A stretch of 64,000 nt of DNA from Gemmatimonadota bacterium. GTDB taxonomy: Bacteria > JBHIER01 > G020348925. Both the position numbers and the translations under genes were made by a program. Below, piece by piece: positions 9,820-19,340 of this stretch. Position 1 is the first letter of the stretch; every line of letters starts with the position of its first letter. Location: positions 2,681,688 to 2,745,687 of the forward strand of contig CP070758.1 of the NCBI GenBank assembly GCA_020348925.1, given 5' to 3'. Under the pieces are notes generated by a model. That model worked only from the letters and a program-made list of their open reading frames with translations, did not search any database and was not told the origin of the DNA.

Positions 9820-11157
9820 ATGAAATCTGTACGAACCTGTCAACAGCGGGGTCAGACACGATCTCTCGTTGTTTTGTGGACTGGGCTTCTGCTCGTCGCG
9901 CTGTTCAACCACCTCTTGCTGGCTGATATCGACGTTCCTGGCGATTACCCCACGATTCAGCAAGCCATCGACGCGGCGACTTTTGATGTTTTGATGATCA
10001 CTACATCCCTCCTCCAAAAGGATCCATGCTTTGATGGAATGATACATGAATACCAGAGCATTCTTGAAACAACAGAGAACCTAACTGCAGTCTATATTGA
10101 ATTGGACTCCGAGGAGTGTCTCAAAAATTATGGAGTCAAGGTGGAAAATACAGGAGACTGGATGGAAATCCGGGAAGTACTCGAGGTGATTATTGGAGCA
10201 ACAAACGCTTCATATGTAATAATTTTGGGAGGCATATCTGTCATACCCAGACCATCGCTCGAAATATATTGCCCAAGGGAGAACCCTCAAACCATTCCAA
10301 GCGACGTCTGGTATATCGATTTCGATGCTGACCAAATCGTAGATGAGGGGCTCTCGATTAGCAGATTTCCAGATCTGTTTCACAATTCATCGGCAGTGGT
10401 TGTTGCTCTTCGAAACGCAGTTTTACTTCACCGTTGCGGGGGATATACTCTCGAAAGGGAGGTACATTTCGTGATTGGCGAATACGAGACACCGCCTTAC
10501 GGGGTGTGTGAAGAGTGTACATTTCAGGCGGAGTTTTTTGACCTCTTATCGTCAAGCGATTACATTGACTTCGCGGGCCATGGTAGCCCAACCGCTATCT
10601 TTAACAATTCCTTCGAACCCAAGTTCACTATTGACTATATGGATTCAATCGATTTGCAGACTTACAACCCTGTGATACTAAGCTTGGGTCCTTGCTACAC
10701 TGGGGTCTTGTGGGCAGACAGTCCTACCCTATCCTATGAATTCTTGAAAGCGGGAGCTGCTGCCTTTGTTGGGAGAACCACTACTGAAGGCTATTGCATA
10801 GGTGATTTTGTTGAAGACGTGGAAGATGGAATGCATATCGGGGATGCCCTCTTCCAAAGAATGCGGATGAAGGTAATGACATCGGGGTGTAGATATATAT
10901 ATTGTTCTCACCATTTTTGCTTATATGGGGATCCGACTCTCAAGCTTCGCGATGGCCTCCCCGCCGGATTAATTGTCTACGTTGATTATTCTGTACCGCC
11001 GGGAGGGACCGGATTCTATGTTGATCCTTTCAGTAGTCTGCATGAAGCCCTCGGTCAAATGTGTATTCCAAGGACCATCAGGATGATGCCGGGCAGCACG
11101 GTGATCACAGAGACCATCGTCATTGATGTGCCAGTACGATTGGAAAAGGCACAATGA
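9820..11157 (+). CDS. Secreted C25 (gingipain-like) cysteine peptidase domain protein
   Basis: YVIILGG...IP, PSDVWY, ISRFP, FAGHGS (His), SLGPCYTG (Cys), GAAAFVG, LYGDP; AAGGAGG RBS; signal-like segment. Confidence 0.78.
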   Translation: MKSVRTCQQRGQTRSLVVLWTGLLLVALFNHLLLADIDVPGDYPTIQQAIDAATFDVLMITTSLLQKDPCFDGMIHEYQSILETTENLTAVYIELDSEECLKNYGVKVENTGDWMEIREVLEVIIGATNASYVIILGGISVIPRPSLEIYCPRENPQTIPSDVWYIDFDADQIVDEGLSISRFPDLFHNSSAVVVALRNAVLLHRCGGYTLEREVHFVIGEYETPPYGVCEECTFQAEFFDLLSSSDYIDFAGHGSPTAIFNNSFEPKFTIDYMDSIDLQTYNPVILSLGPCYTGVLWADSPTLSYEFLKAGAAAFVGRTTTEGYCIGDFVEDVEDGMHIGDALFQRMRMKVMTSGCRYIYCSHHFCLYGDPTLKLRDGLPAGLIVYVDYSVPPGGTGFYVDPFSSLHEALGQMCIPRTIRMMPGSTVITETIVIDVPVRLEKAQ

Positions 11158-11284
11158 AAACCCTAGGCCAACAGGTTGAAGTGCTGGTATCCAAGAGGGT
11201 CACCTATGAAAAAGTTGCAACTCCTCGATTTTGGGTATATCGTAAAGTCAGATAAGCGGAACCCAAAACCAAGGAGGTGCAACA

Positions 11285-12322
11285 ATGCAGTATGTCGGAA
11301 TCGATTTTCACAGGGACTCTTCATTCATCAGTGAGATGGATGAAGACGGAACTGTTGCCAGAGAGTTCAAGCTCAGCAATGATCGGGAAAGTCTCACCGA
11401 TTATGTGAGCGGCCTTGTTCCCGATACGAAAGTCGCCATTGAAGCCACCTGTAACTGGTATTATTTTTACGAGTTGGTCGAGGGGCATGATATCGATGTC
11501 ACGCTTGCTCATCCTCTCAAGACCAAAGCCATCGCTTCTGCCCGGATCATGAACGATAAAATCAGTTCCGCAACCCTGGCCTATCTGCTCCGTAGCGACC
11601 TGTTGCCGGCAGCATATATCCCTGACCGGGAGACACGAGACACCAAAGAGATTTTGCGTCAACGGGCCTTTCTGGTCTCCATGAGAACGCGCTTGAAGAA
11701 CAGAGTTCAAGCTATCCTTTCGAAAAATGGACTCTCCTGTCCCTATACCGACATCTTTGGTAAGAAGAGTCTCCGTTGGCTTACCGCACTCGATCTTCGC
11801 CCATGCTACCATCAAGCCATCGGATGCTATGCCCGCCTGGCTGATGTCTTTGCCAGCGAGATTAAAATGGTGACCGAGACAATCGAATCTTTCGCGATTG
11901 AGAACCCTCAAGCGCGCCTGCTGGATACGCACCCGGGAATCAGTTACTACTCGGGGCTGCTCATCACCTCGGAAATCGGAACCATTCATCGCTTCCCCTC
12001 TCACGGTCAACTCTGCTCCTTCGGAGGACTGGTGCCATCCCTTCATGCCTCCGGTGGGAAAGTGAGGCGGGGACATATTACGAAACAGGGTTCAAAATGG
12101 CTTAGATGGATCCTGATCGAATGTTCAAAACACGCCGTCAACGGTTCTCCTCACTATGAGGCCCTCTATAAGAGGGTGTGCTACAAACATGGAAAGGGGG
12201 CTGCCAGAATCGCCGTGGCCAGAAAAATGCTCAAGATCATCTATTATATGCTCAAAAGAAACGAGCCGTTCCAGGAACGGGCTAAACCGATGACCACGCC
12301 GGCCAGCGCCAGAGGGTCATAA
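11285..12322 (+). CDS. IS110-family recombinase/transposase (DEDD RuvC + Tnp domain)
   Basis: YVGIDFH, VAIEAT, NDKISS.TLA, PGIS, SEIGTIHRF, GLVPSLHASGG, GHITKQGSKWLRWILIE, ARIAVARKM. Confidence 0.95.
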   Translation: MQYVGIDFHRDSSFISEMDEDGTVAREFKLSNDRESLTDYVSGLVPDTKVAIEATCNWYYFYELVEGHDIDVTLAHPLKTKAIASARIMNDKISSATLAYLLRSDLLPAAYIPDRETRDTKEILRQRAFLVSMRTRLKNRVQAILSKNGLSCPYTDIFGKKSLRWLTALDLRPCYHQAIGCYARLADVFASEIKMVTETIESFAIENPQARLLDTHPGISYYSGLLITSEIGTIHRFPSHGQLCSFGGLVPSLHASGGKVRRGHITKQGSKWLRWILIECSKHAVNGSPHYEALYKRVCYKHGKGAARIAVARKMLKIIYYMLKRNEPFQERAKPMTTPASARGS

Positions 12323-12433
12323 CCAGAAAAGGTTCTAGGTGTTGATTGCGCAACCGGTGTCCAATAACATACTGTGCTCCGAGCACGAATAGGTGACTGA
12401 CGAAGAGTCCGCTGAGACTCTATTGGACCAGCA
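12296..12433 (+). ncRNA. Putative IS110 bridge RNA (target- and donor-binding loops)
   Basis: Stem ACGCCGG/CCGGTGT plus GCGC/GCGC encloses AGAGGGTCA-[AACC agaaaa GGTT]-TAGGTG. A second stem GTCCAATA/TATTGGAC encloses the hairpin GTGCTCCGAGCAC followed by ATAGGTGAC. Confidence 0.65.
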
Positions 12434-12492
12434 CTATGTCAAAGAACAACGAAGAATGACTTGACAACAGGATTTTCTATGATAATTTAAGA

Positions 12493-12592
12493 NNNNNNNN
12501 NNNNNNNNNNNNNNNNNNNNNNNNNNNNNNNNNNNNNNNNNNNNNNNNNNNNNNNNNNNNNNNNNNNNNNNNNNNNNNNNNNNNNNNNNNNN
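12493..12592. other. 100-N contig spacer
   Basis: Run of exactly 100 N; unrelated truncated sequences on either side. Confidence 0.95.
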
Positions 12593-13217
12593 CGCTCTGA
12601 TCACAGCAATCGGTATCCAACTCGTCACAGACTTTTACCAGACAGGTTGTCGAAGAGATTACCGGAATCGTCCACTCATAGGTGCCGTCGTCAGGAGTAC
12701 TGCCGATCACTTCCAGCCAGTTCGAACCATTGTCCGTCGAATACTCGATTTTCACATTGCCACTCGTATGCTGTGATAGCCAGGTAATATTTTCAGTTGC
12801 CTGCTCACACCACATCTCTCCGCCATTGGGACTGGTTACGGTGATTTTCTTGATGGTAAAGCTGCCATTGCTTTGATCCCAGCAGGAGGGATCCGTCACA
12901 TCACAGATTTTCACCAAGCAGTTCGATGAAGGCGTATCTGGAATCGTCCAGGAATAGGCGCCATCATCCGGAGTACTGCTGATCACTTCCTGCCAGTTCG
13001 AGCCGCCATCTGTTGAGTACTCGATCTTTGCATCACCACTGGTATTCGACGAGGACCACGTTATATCCTGGATTTCACCCGCGCACCAGGTTTCACTCCC
13101 ATTCGGTGCGGTCACCGTGACCGTACATTGAGCGAAGGACATTGAACTCCAAAACAGAAACATCACACAAGCCATTATCCATACACCATGTATCGCGCTG
13201 CTTGACAGCCGTTTCAT
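12593..13217 (-). CDS. Secreted protein with tandem 'TVTSPNGGE.WC' Ig-like domains, 3' truncated by gap
   Basis: Signal peptide followed by two copies of SPNGGE...KIEYSTD.GSNW..V..STPDDG.Y.WTIP...S..CLVK.CD, the same module found in 466..2148 and 2186..3883. Confidence 0.8.
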
Positions 13218-13465
13218 CGTCTCTCTGCCTTTCCCATTGAAATGAATTTTTATATAATTTCTGTGAATGGCTCACCACTTCACAGGTGTACCACACATCT
13301 TACAAATTAATAAACGGATAATCAAATTCTCTTCACACTCAGTAATATATCAACCAATATCTAACCTATCCTTCATACCCTCTATCTGGATGCCCATATA
13401 CCTCTATATTATACCCGTTATCTTATACCTCTCTCTTATCAGTGTAATCCGTGCAGTCGGCGGAT

Positions 13466-16400
13466 TTATTTCATCAAGACCATTTTTCTGATTGAAGCGA
13501 ATTCTCCCGATTGAAGTCGGTAAAAATACACGCCACTGGCAACCTCCACACCCCTTTCGTCACATCCATCCCAGGTGGCCGTGTAATATCCGGGTTCCTG
13601 AACCTCATCCACCAGACATCGCACTTCCTGTCCCATCATATTGTATATGAGAAGTGTAGTGCGAAAGGCATCAGGCCCTGAGCCCGTGCCTTCATTTCCA
13701 CTCTCCGCTCTCTGCTTTCCGCTCTGCGCCCTGAATTCCCTGCCGGAGATAGTATACTGGATGTGGGTAGTGGGATTAAATGGGTTCGGATAGTTCTGAT
13801 CCAAGGTAAACTCTGTCGGCAATGGTACAATTTTGACCGTGGAAGTAAATAACAGTCCTTCGTCGGCTATCGCCGATATGTCCGCTTTGACATGTGACAA
13901 TTTTGCAAATGTAATCGTAATCTGTGAAAACGTATTTTGGGAAGCTGCCGCTAATTGGAAATCGTTTTCCCCGTTGTGCCACTCAAACATCGCTCCCTCA
14001 ATCTCGACACCAACAGGTTCGGAATCACCCAGATTTTTGAGGGTGAAATCCAGACCATAGGCAGGCTCGGGCAGCGTAAAAGAGACCGTATGTGATCCAA
14101 CTTCGACAGTAATCCCACCATCTATTAACTTAGGACTGAATAGTCCAGGCCAGTTCATACTGACATCTCCGACAAGCATGCCCAGGAAATCCTGATCGGT
14201 TGTATCATGACTGAGGGACTGATAGCAGATTTCTCGAGGGAGGAATATCCACTGGCCTGTCATGTTGTTCGACGATTGGTCAAGCCCGGCATTTCCAGAA
14301 ATCACATACGTGAGCAACTGTGAAGCGTCATAGGCAGTGACTGTGCCATCTCCGGTAATATCGGCGGCTGCATACCTGCAGGAGTCAAGATCGATCACAC
14401 CGACCAATGCCCGCAAAATGAGAGAAGCGTCATAGGATGTAATGGTTTGAGTGCCTGTACCCTCTTTCGAGGGGACGACACAATATTCCCCCGTCGAGCC
14501 GTACAGATGGTAAAATCCATAATCGCCGTTTTCGTCTGTGTTTGTCGTCTGGACCGAGTCTATGGATCCATCCAGATCCACATCCCAGCTCAGGGTCATA
14601 AGCGTATTCCCCAGAGGCACACCCGTGCTGCACTGGGCGACATTCCCAGTGATGGCATGACGGATGACCGTGAAGACACCTTCATCGGTGCAGGCCAGGG
14701 GAAGACCTTCGTTAAATTTCGCATGATCGACGAACAGGAAGTTGCAATCGCCCTCATCGGCTTCAGGATTGATCCAGAAACCGACATACAGAATATCGTA
14801 CCAGGTCCACTGGGGACCGGGTTGAAGCAGGGGATAATTGCCGGCCATGGCCGCATAGATTTTTGCACGTTCCTCATCGTGGTGATGGGTCAATATCCCC
14901 CAGTCTTCAGTGATGAGACCTTCGTTACCTATCTCACCCACCGTCATCAAGTTCGGGTCGTAGGATAATTCCACGTATATCGAGGTGACATTCAGATCGG
15001 CCAGAGGTTTGTAATCGGTATGGAGGCGTAACGGAATTTCCAACCAACCGCCGGCATGCCAGGCCGTATCAGGCCAGGCCAACATGATTTCGCAATCCCT
15101 GACAATAATGGTTGTCGAGAGCACGTCGTACAAAGGCTGGCCGGTCGTATGGGTTGACTTGGCGATAAAATCAATATCCAAGGTATCACATGTCCCGTGC
15201 TTCGGGGGTCGCCAGCAGAAATCCATCTTCACCGATCCCAATCCCAACACTGTGTCTTCGCCGACACCGTCGCACGAATCGGGATCCAAATCAGACCACA
15301 GCATGATCGAATCGTTATCGGCGTCCATGGCTATGATCTCAATGCAATCCTCATAAAACTCCTCACTGAAATAGAGTGTTTCCGGTAATGAAGATGTAAT
15401 TCTTGGAGGTCGATTGACGATCACGATACCTTTTTCTGTGGTCGTCGTTAGCGAGCCTTCATCGAAGATTGCTTCGACAATAGAGATGAATCCTTCATTT
15501 CCAGGGCTGGCTGAGGAATTTATGTGAAAACCCAGGTTCAGCAGACACCCCCCGCATTCAATCCCCCCTGAGGCGTCTCCGCCTCCGATAAGCCAGAATT
15601 GTATGGTGCCGGGAGTCCCCCCTTTGTAATGCCACTTCAGGTCCCATCCCAGGGAATCGAGGCAGGTGTTATGAAAATTGATGGTTGAATCGAACGTCAT
15701 GACACCCGTGTTGTAGGAGATTTCTCCATAAAAGGTGTTGACATACAGACCGCTCAGATCGTCGGTTGAGAGACAGACGGTGAAGGACGAGTCCGGCTTT
15801 TTGATGACAACCGCCGGTTCGATTCTCATCGTAATCTTCGGCATAGCCTGGCTCTCATCGATGGCGAAGACAAAATCTTTGGAATGCGTGAGATTGTCTT
15901 CGGCATTTCCGACAATCGTGACCGTGTACAGACCCGGATCGGCAGCCATTGATGAGTTCATGGTGAATATGGACACGATCGCCTCATTGGGCAAGGGTGT
16001 GACCGGATTGGGGAAAAAGCCGGCCGCGACCCCGTCCGGCACCCCTACAGCACTTAGCGTTACCGTTTCATTGAACCCAAAGAGCGACATAATCGTGTTT
16101 CTGACAAGAATGGCCCCCCGCTGGGAGACCACCGCCGGATCGGGATTGATGGACAAGGAGAAATCCGGTTTGTCGATCACATGCAGTTTTATCTCATCCG
16201 TGTGATGGAGCATGCCGGTTTTGTCCATACCCAGAACAATCAACGGATACGAGCCCACATCAGTTGACGCAGAAGCTTTCATCATTAACGTGGAGCTCGC
16301 TTTTCCGGCCTGGGGTGGTGTCACGGGATTCGGATCGAAACAGGTCAGCAGGCTGCAACACAGATTGCAGACACTCAAATACACGAGATCCGTGAAACCG

Positions 16401-16864
16401 TAAGCAGAAAAAATGTTCACAGTGTATGTAGCCGTCTCCCCATAGTTGCCTGCCAACAGAAGAGATCCTTTCATCGGTGACCCGGGATGGATGACAAAGG
16501 CTTCCTTGGGGAGAACCTGGATCGTAAAATCGGGATTGCCGAAGAAGGGATCAAAATCTTCCGGGATGATATCGAGAAACTCATCACTGCCCAGGGTGTA
16601 AATGAATCCCGCAAAGTTACGAAACGGTCCGTTCCAGGAAAAGCCTATGGCATTCGGTTGCCCGCCGGAACAGACCGTAATTCTATACGATTCTGAAGCA
16701 GCGGGACAGCCGACACCACTGACAACCGATGATGTGATCATGTAGTCCTCGCTGAAATACCGCTCCTGGGCACAGCATTGTGATACAGTGAACTGGATGG
16801 CAAGACAGATCAACAGGCCGATTACCTTTCCCGCACGTCGCCTCATCTTCTTACCGGTTATCAT
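13466..16864 (-). CDS. Scaffoldin-like secreted protein: adaptor motif, 2 Ig-like 'PDF' domains, 2 cohesin-like domains, dockerin, FlgD-Ig/T9SS-type CTD
   Basis: Cohesin-like segments 'FTVCLSTDDLSG...GEISYNTGVMTF...LLNLGFHI...EAIFDEG' and 'LEIPLRL...VELSYDPNLM...ILYVGFWI...AKFNEG'; dockerin 'ITSYDASLIL...AADITGDGTVTAYDAS'; CTD 'QNYPNPFNP...VASGVYFYRL...RKMVLMK'. Confidence 0.8.
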   Translation of the reverse strand: MITGKKMRRRAGKVIGLLICLAIQFTVSQCCAQERYFSEDYMITSSVVSGVGCPAASESYRITVCSGGQPNAIGFSWNGPFRNFAGFIYTLGSDEFLDIIPEDFDPFFGNPDFTIQVLPKEAFVIHPGSPMKGSLLLAGNYGETATYTVNIFSAYGFTDLVYLSVCNLCCSLLTCFDPNPVTPPQAGKASSTLMMKASASTDVGSYPLIVLGMDKTGMLHHTDEIKLHVIDKPDFSLSINPDPAVVSQRGAILVRNTIMSLFGFNETVTLSAVGVPDGVAAGFFPNPVTPLPNEAIVSIFTMNSSMAADPGLYTVTIVGNAEDNLTHSKDFVFAIDESQAMPKITMRIEPAVVIKKPDSSFTVCLSTDDLSGLYVNTFYGEISYNTGVMTFDSTINFHNTCLDSLGWDLKWHYKGGTPGTIQFWLIGGGDASGGIECGGCLLNLGFHINSSASPGNEGFISIVEAIFDEGSLTTTTEKGIVIVNRPPRITSSLPETLYFSEEFYEDCIEIIAMDADNDSIMLWSDLDPDSCDGVGEDTVLGLGSVKMDFCWRPPKHGTCDTLDIDFIAKSTHTTGQPLYDVLSTTIIVRDCEIMLAWPDTAWHAGGWLEIPLRLHTDYKPLADLNVTSIYVELSYDPNLMTVGEIGNEGLITEDWGILTHHHDEERAKIYAAMAGNYPLLQPGPQWTWYDILYVGFWINPEADEGDCNFLFVDHAKFNEGLPLACTDEGVFTVIRHAITGNVAQCSTGVPLGNTLMTLSWDVDLDGSIDSVQTTNTDENGDYGFYHLYGSTGEYCVVPSKEGTGTQTITSYDASLILRALVGVIDLDSCRYAAADITGDGTVTAYDASQLLTYVISGNAGLDQSSNNMTGQWIFLPREICYQSLSHDTTDQDFLGMLVGDVSMNWPGLFSPKLIDGGITVEVGSHTVSFTLPEPAYGLDFTLKNLGDSEPVGVEIEGAMFEWHNGENDFQLAAASQNTFSQITITFAKLSHVKADISAIADEGLLFTSTVKIVPLPTEFTLDQNYPNPFNPTTHIQYTISGREFRAQSGKQRAESGNEGTGSGPDAFRTTLLIYNMMGQEVRCLVDEVQEPGYYTATWDGCDERGVEVASGVYFYRLQSGEFASIRKMVLMK

Positions 16865-17067
16865 AATCGTTACTCCTTGATTGTACCAGTTTCATCTCCA
16901 TTGAAAGGTCTGCCTTCCACAACCCGCAAACCAATTTGTTGAAGCTTATGATCACGACATATTGCCTTGTGAGTTGCGTGGCTCTCTTCCAGATTTGTTG
17001 GTGATGCTTGTATATTTTTCCCAGAGCTCGTCTCTCAATCCACTCGGCTCGCCTGGATGTGGTGGAT

Positions 17068-19101
17068 TCACTTCGATTTGCTTTCTTCTGTGACCATTGT
17101 GGTTCTATGATCGGGCCCTTCCTGACTGAGTAAAGCTTCCAGTTTTTCGACTCTCGACTCCAATTCCGCGAGTGACTCCAACCTGGACTCCAGTTGTTGA
17201 ATCTTCTCCTGTTGTTGCTCCAGGATCTCAACCAATTCATTCGTTTTTGTCCCGATGAGGACATTGATCAGATTCATCCTGTCGTTGGTTGAAGCAGACC
17301 AGGCCCGGCCCAAAACTTGAGAGACATGCGCTAAACGGAGATCCTCCGGGGATACGGCGATACCGGTGCCATCATCATTACCCGATGGTACGATATAATC
17401 CCCCATTTCTACCGAACCGCGCACCAGAACTCGTACCTGTCCCAAAAAGCCCACCTTGACATATCCGCTTTCCTCACCTTTCGGAGGCATATTTCCCACG
17501 ACGACGGGATTGACCGATACAGCCATGATCTGGTCAGTGCCCGCCGTTGTCTTCGAAACCTTGCCATCATGCACACCGACGAGTTGACTAAAGGACATTT
17601 TCTCCTCAGGATCGAGCTTGGGAAGCCATTCAGCATAATCTGCCCCTCCGGAGGCATACGTAACACCTCCGTGATTGCACTTATTTTGTTCATCAAGGAT
17701 AACAACAGCCAGCATCAAATCGAATGGATCGGCTGTGATTAAATTTTCGTACCCATTATCTAATGCCCAGCAAATTAAGGGTTGTAATTCTTTTCTTGCA
17801 GCCGTTTGCATCGCAGAAAAGCCTAAAAAATCGAACCAAGGAATTTTTCCATCTATCTTTGTTAATTCCGGAATGATTCCGGGGTTGAAACCTATGCTCG
17901 GCCAATCAATGTCAATATCTACATCTAAATCCCAGTCTACATCAATATCGATATCCCAGTCGCTCAGCAGGCTGAATCCCCATGGCATCTTGCCAGGAGA
18001 CCAGTTTGTGAGCTCAAACATTTTACCTGGATCAAACATTCCAGTAAGATCAAACATTTTCTTAAAATCAGGCATTGGTGGAAGGCTCATAGCGTCATCT
18101 GGATACGTGAATCCTTCAATCCTGCCCGCGACAGTATTGCTGGTTGCGCTTCCCCTGTAAAATGTCATGAAATGGTTGTCGCTGCTTGTATTTTCTTTTC
18201 GCAGCTTAATGGCTACACCATCCTCATTCCCCCCGTCGGTATTCTCAAAATAGGCTACGTGTTGACCATCAGGTCCCATTTGACCTGGGCCCACGACCTT
18301 CAGTCCGCTGCCTATTATGTTATGAGCAACGTTCAGATTATCCCCAACGCCCACTCCACCCTCTACTACTAAAGCGCCTGTCCCTGGAGAGATCGAGGGA
18401 GTTGTGTCGGTGACATACACTTGTCCTGTTATGGTCACATCGCCATCCAGATACGCCGCCTCGTTGCCTCCGCCACCTTGCGCGTACAGGCCTTGGAAGT
18501 TGTCTGAGACAAAGTATCCTCCGTAGCTTGAGGTCCCTTTACCCCAGCCCTTCACCCCATTGCCGCCGTTTGTCATGCCCAAAATACCATCGCCTGCGCA
18601 TTCGTTGATGACGGTTAAGAAAGGGATGTCAGGAGCGCATCCGCCCATGGTATCAGCTCTGTCAGAACATAGGAACTGGTCGGCGTGTTTGCCGTCCAGC
18701 ATATTCGAATTCAGAGCGCTTGGCACGCTCACCAGAGGCTGTCTCGGCCGCATCTCCGAGTTCGATCCGATTTGAACCCCGAGCCATCTTTCCCCGCCCT
18801 CATTGAAGGCAGTGTCAGGTATTCCATCCGGACTCAAACTGCCCAAAAGCACATTGTAGACACCACCCCATACGACCACCGAGTGATGGGTCTCTGTCCA
18901 CAAAGGAGCGCCCTCTTCCGGTATATTATAGATGGAGAAGGTGATGGACAATGTATCGTGGACAATATTTCCTTGGAAATCTACCAATCTCCCCTGGTAA
19001 TTGATGACTCTGGCAGGGGGGGCAAACTGGGCGAATGTTGATTCAATTCCCAGAGCGACGAATATCATTGCGACCCACAACAAAAGTTTGAACGACTTCA
19101 T
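17068..19101 (-). CDS. Secreted tail-fibre-like protein (INYQG N-domain, chaperone-like ADYAE C-domain, coiled coil)
   Basis: Start reassigned to MKSFKLL (GGAGG RBS, signal peptide). 'INYQGRLVD...LWTETH...RWLGVQI...PRQPLVSVPSA', 'GALVVEGGVGVG', 'SGGADYAEWL...VGFLGQV', terminal heptad coiled coil. Confidence 0.8.
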   Translation of the reverse strand: MKSFKLLLWVAMIFVALGIESTFAQFAPPARVINYQGRLVDFQGNIVHDTLSITFSIYNIPEEGAPLWTETHHSVVVWGGVYNVLLGSLSPDGIPDTAFNEGGERWLGVQIGSNSEMRPRQPLVSVPSALNSNMLDGKHADQFLCSDRADTMGGCAPDIPFLTVINECAGDGILGMTNGGNGVKGWGKGTSSYGGYFVSDNFQGLYAQGGGGNEAAYLDGDVTITGQVYVTDTTPSISPGTGALVVEGGVGVGDNLNVAHNIIGSGLKVVGPGQMGPDGQHVAYFENTDGGNEDGVAIKLRKENTSSDNHFMTFYRGSATSNTVAGRIEGFTYPDDAMSLPPMPDFKKMFDLTGMFDPGKMFELTNWSPGKMPWGFSLLSDWDIDIDVDWDLDVDIDIDWPSIGFNPGIIPELTKIDGKIPWFDFLGFSAMQTAARKELQPLICWALDNGYENLITADPFDLMLAVVILDEQNKCNHGGVTYASGGADYAEWLPKLDPEEKMSFSQLVGVHDGKVSKTTAGTDQIMAVSVNPVVVGNMPPKGEESGYVKVGFLGQVRVLVRGSVEMGDYIVPSGNDDGTGIAVSPEDLRLAHVSQVLGRAWSASTNDRMNLINVLIGTKTNELVEILEQQQEKIQQLESRLESLAELESRVEKLEALLSQEGPDHRTTMVTEESKSK

Positions 19102-19340
19102 ACGAGCACCTCCTTCGTGTATCCGTTGGTTCACGGTTGACCTGTGATGTGTTGAATCGTCATATCTCAATGTACGACGAAATGGTTTTTTCAGTCTGGG
19201 CTTCATAAGATCCTCCTTTATTTGAAAAATGGAACTTTAAAAGTAGTTCATCTTATCACAGTTCGATTAAGGAAGTTCGATACACTTTATTGTCCACCAT
19301 GTCAGAATGCGGTTAAGGCGCCTTATCTCACTGAGACCAA

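Larger units (their letters stand above)
11201..12492 (+). mobile_element. IS110-family element with 3' non-coding bridge-RNA region; right end probably in the gap
   Basis: Transposase; left-end hairpin (TTGCAACTCCTCGATTTTGGGT / ACCCAAAACCAAGGAGGTGCAA) that covers the RBS; structured 3' region with guides matching the left junction AGAGGGT-CA-CCTAT. Confidence 0.8.

Noticed and set aside
12477-12482. CTATGA as the duplicated core marking the IS110 right end
   Set aside because: Does not fit the CA core implied by both guide loops; the right end more likely lies in the gap.
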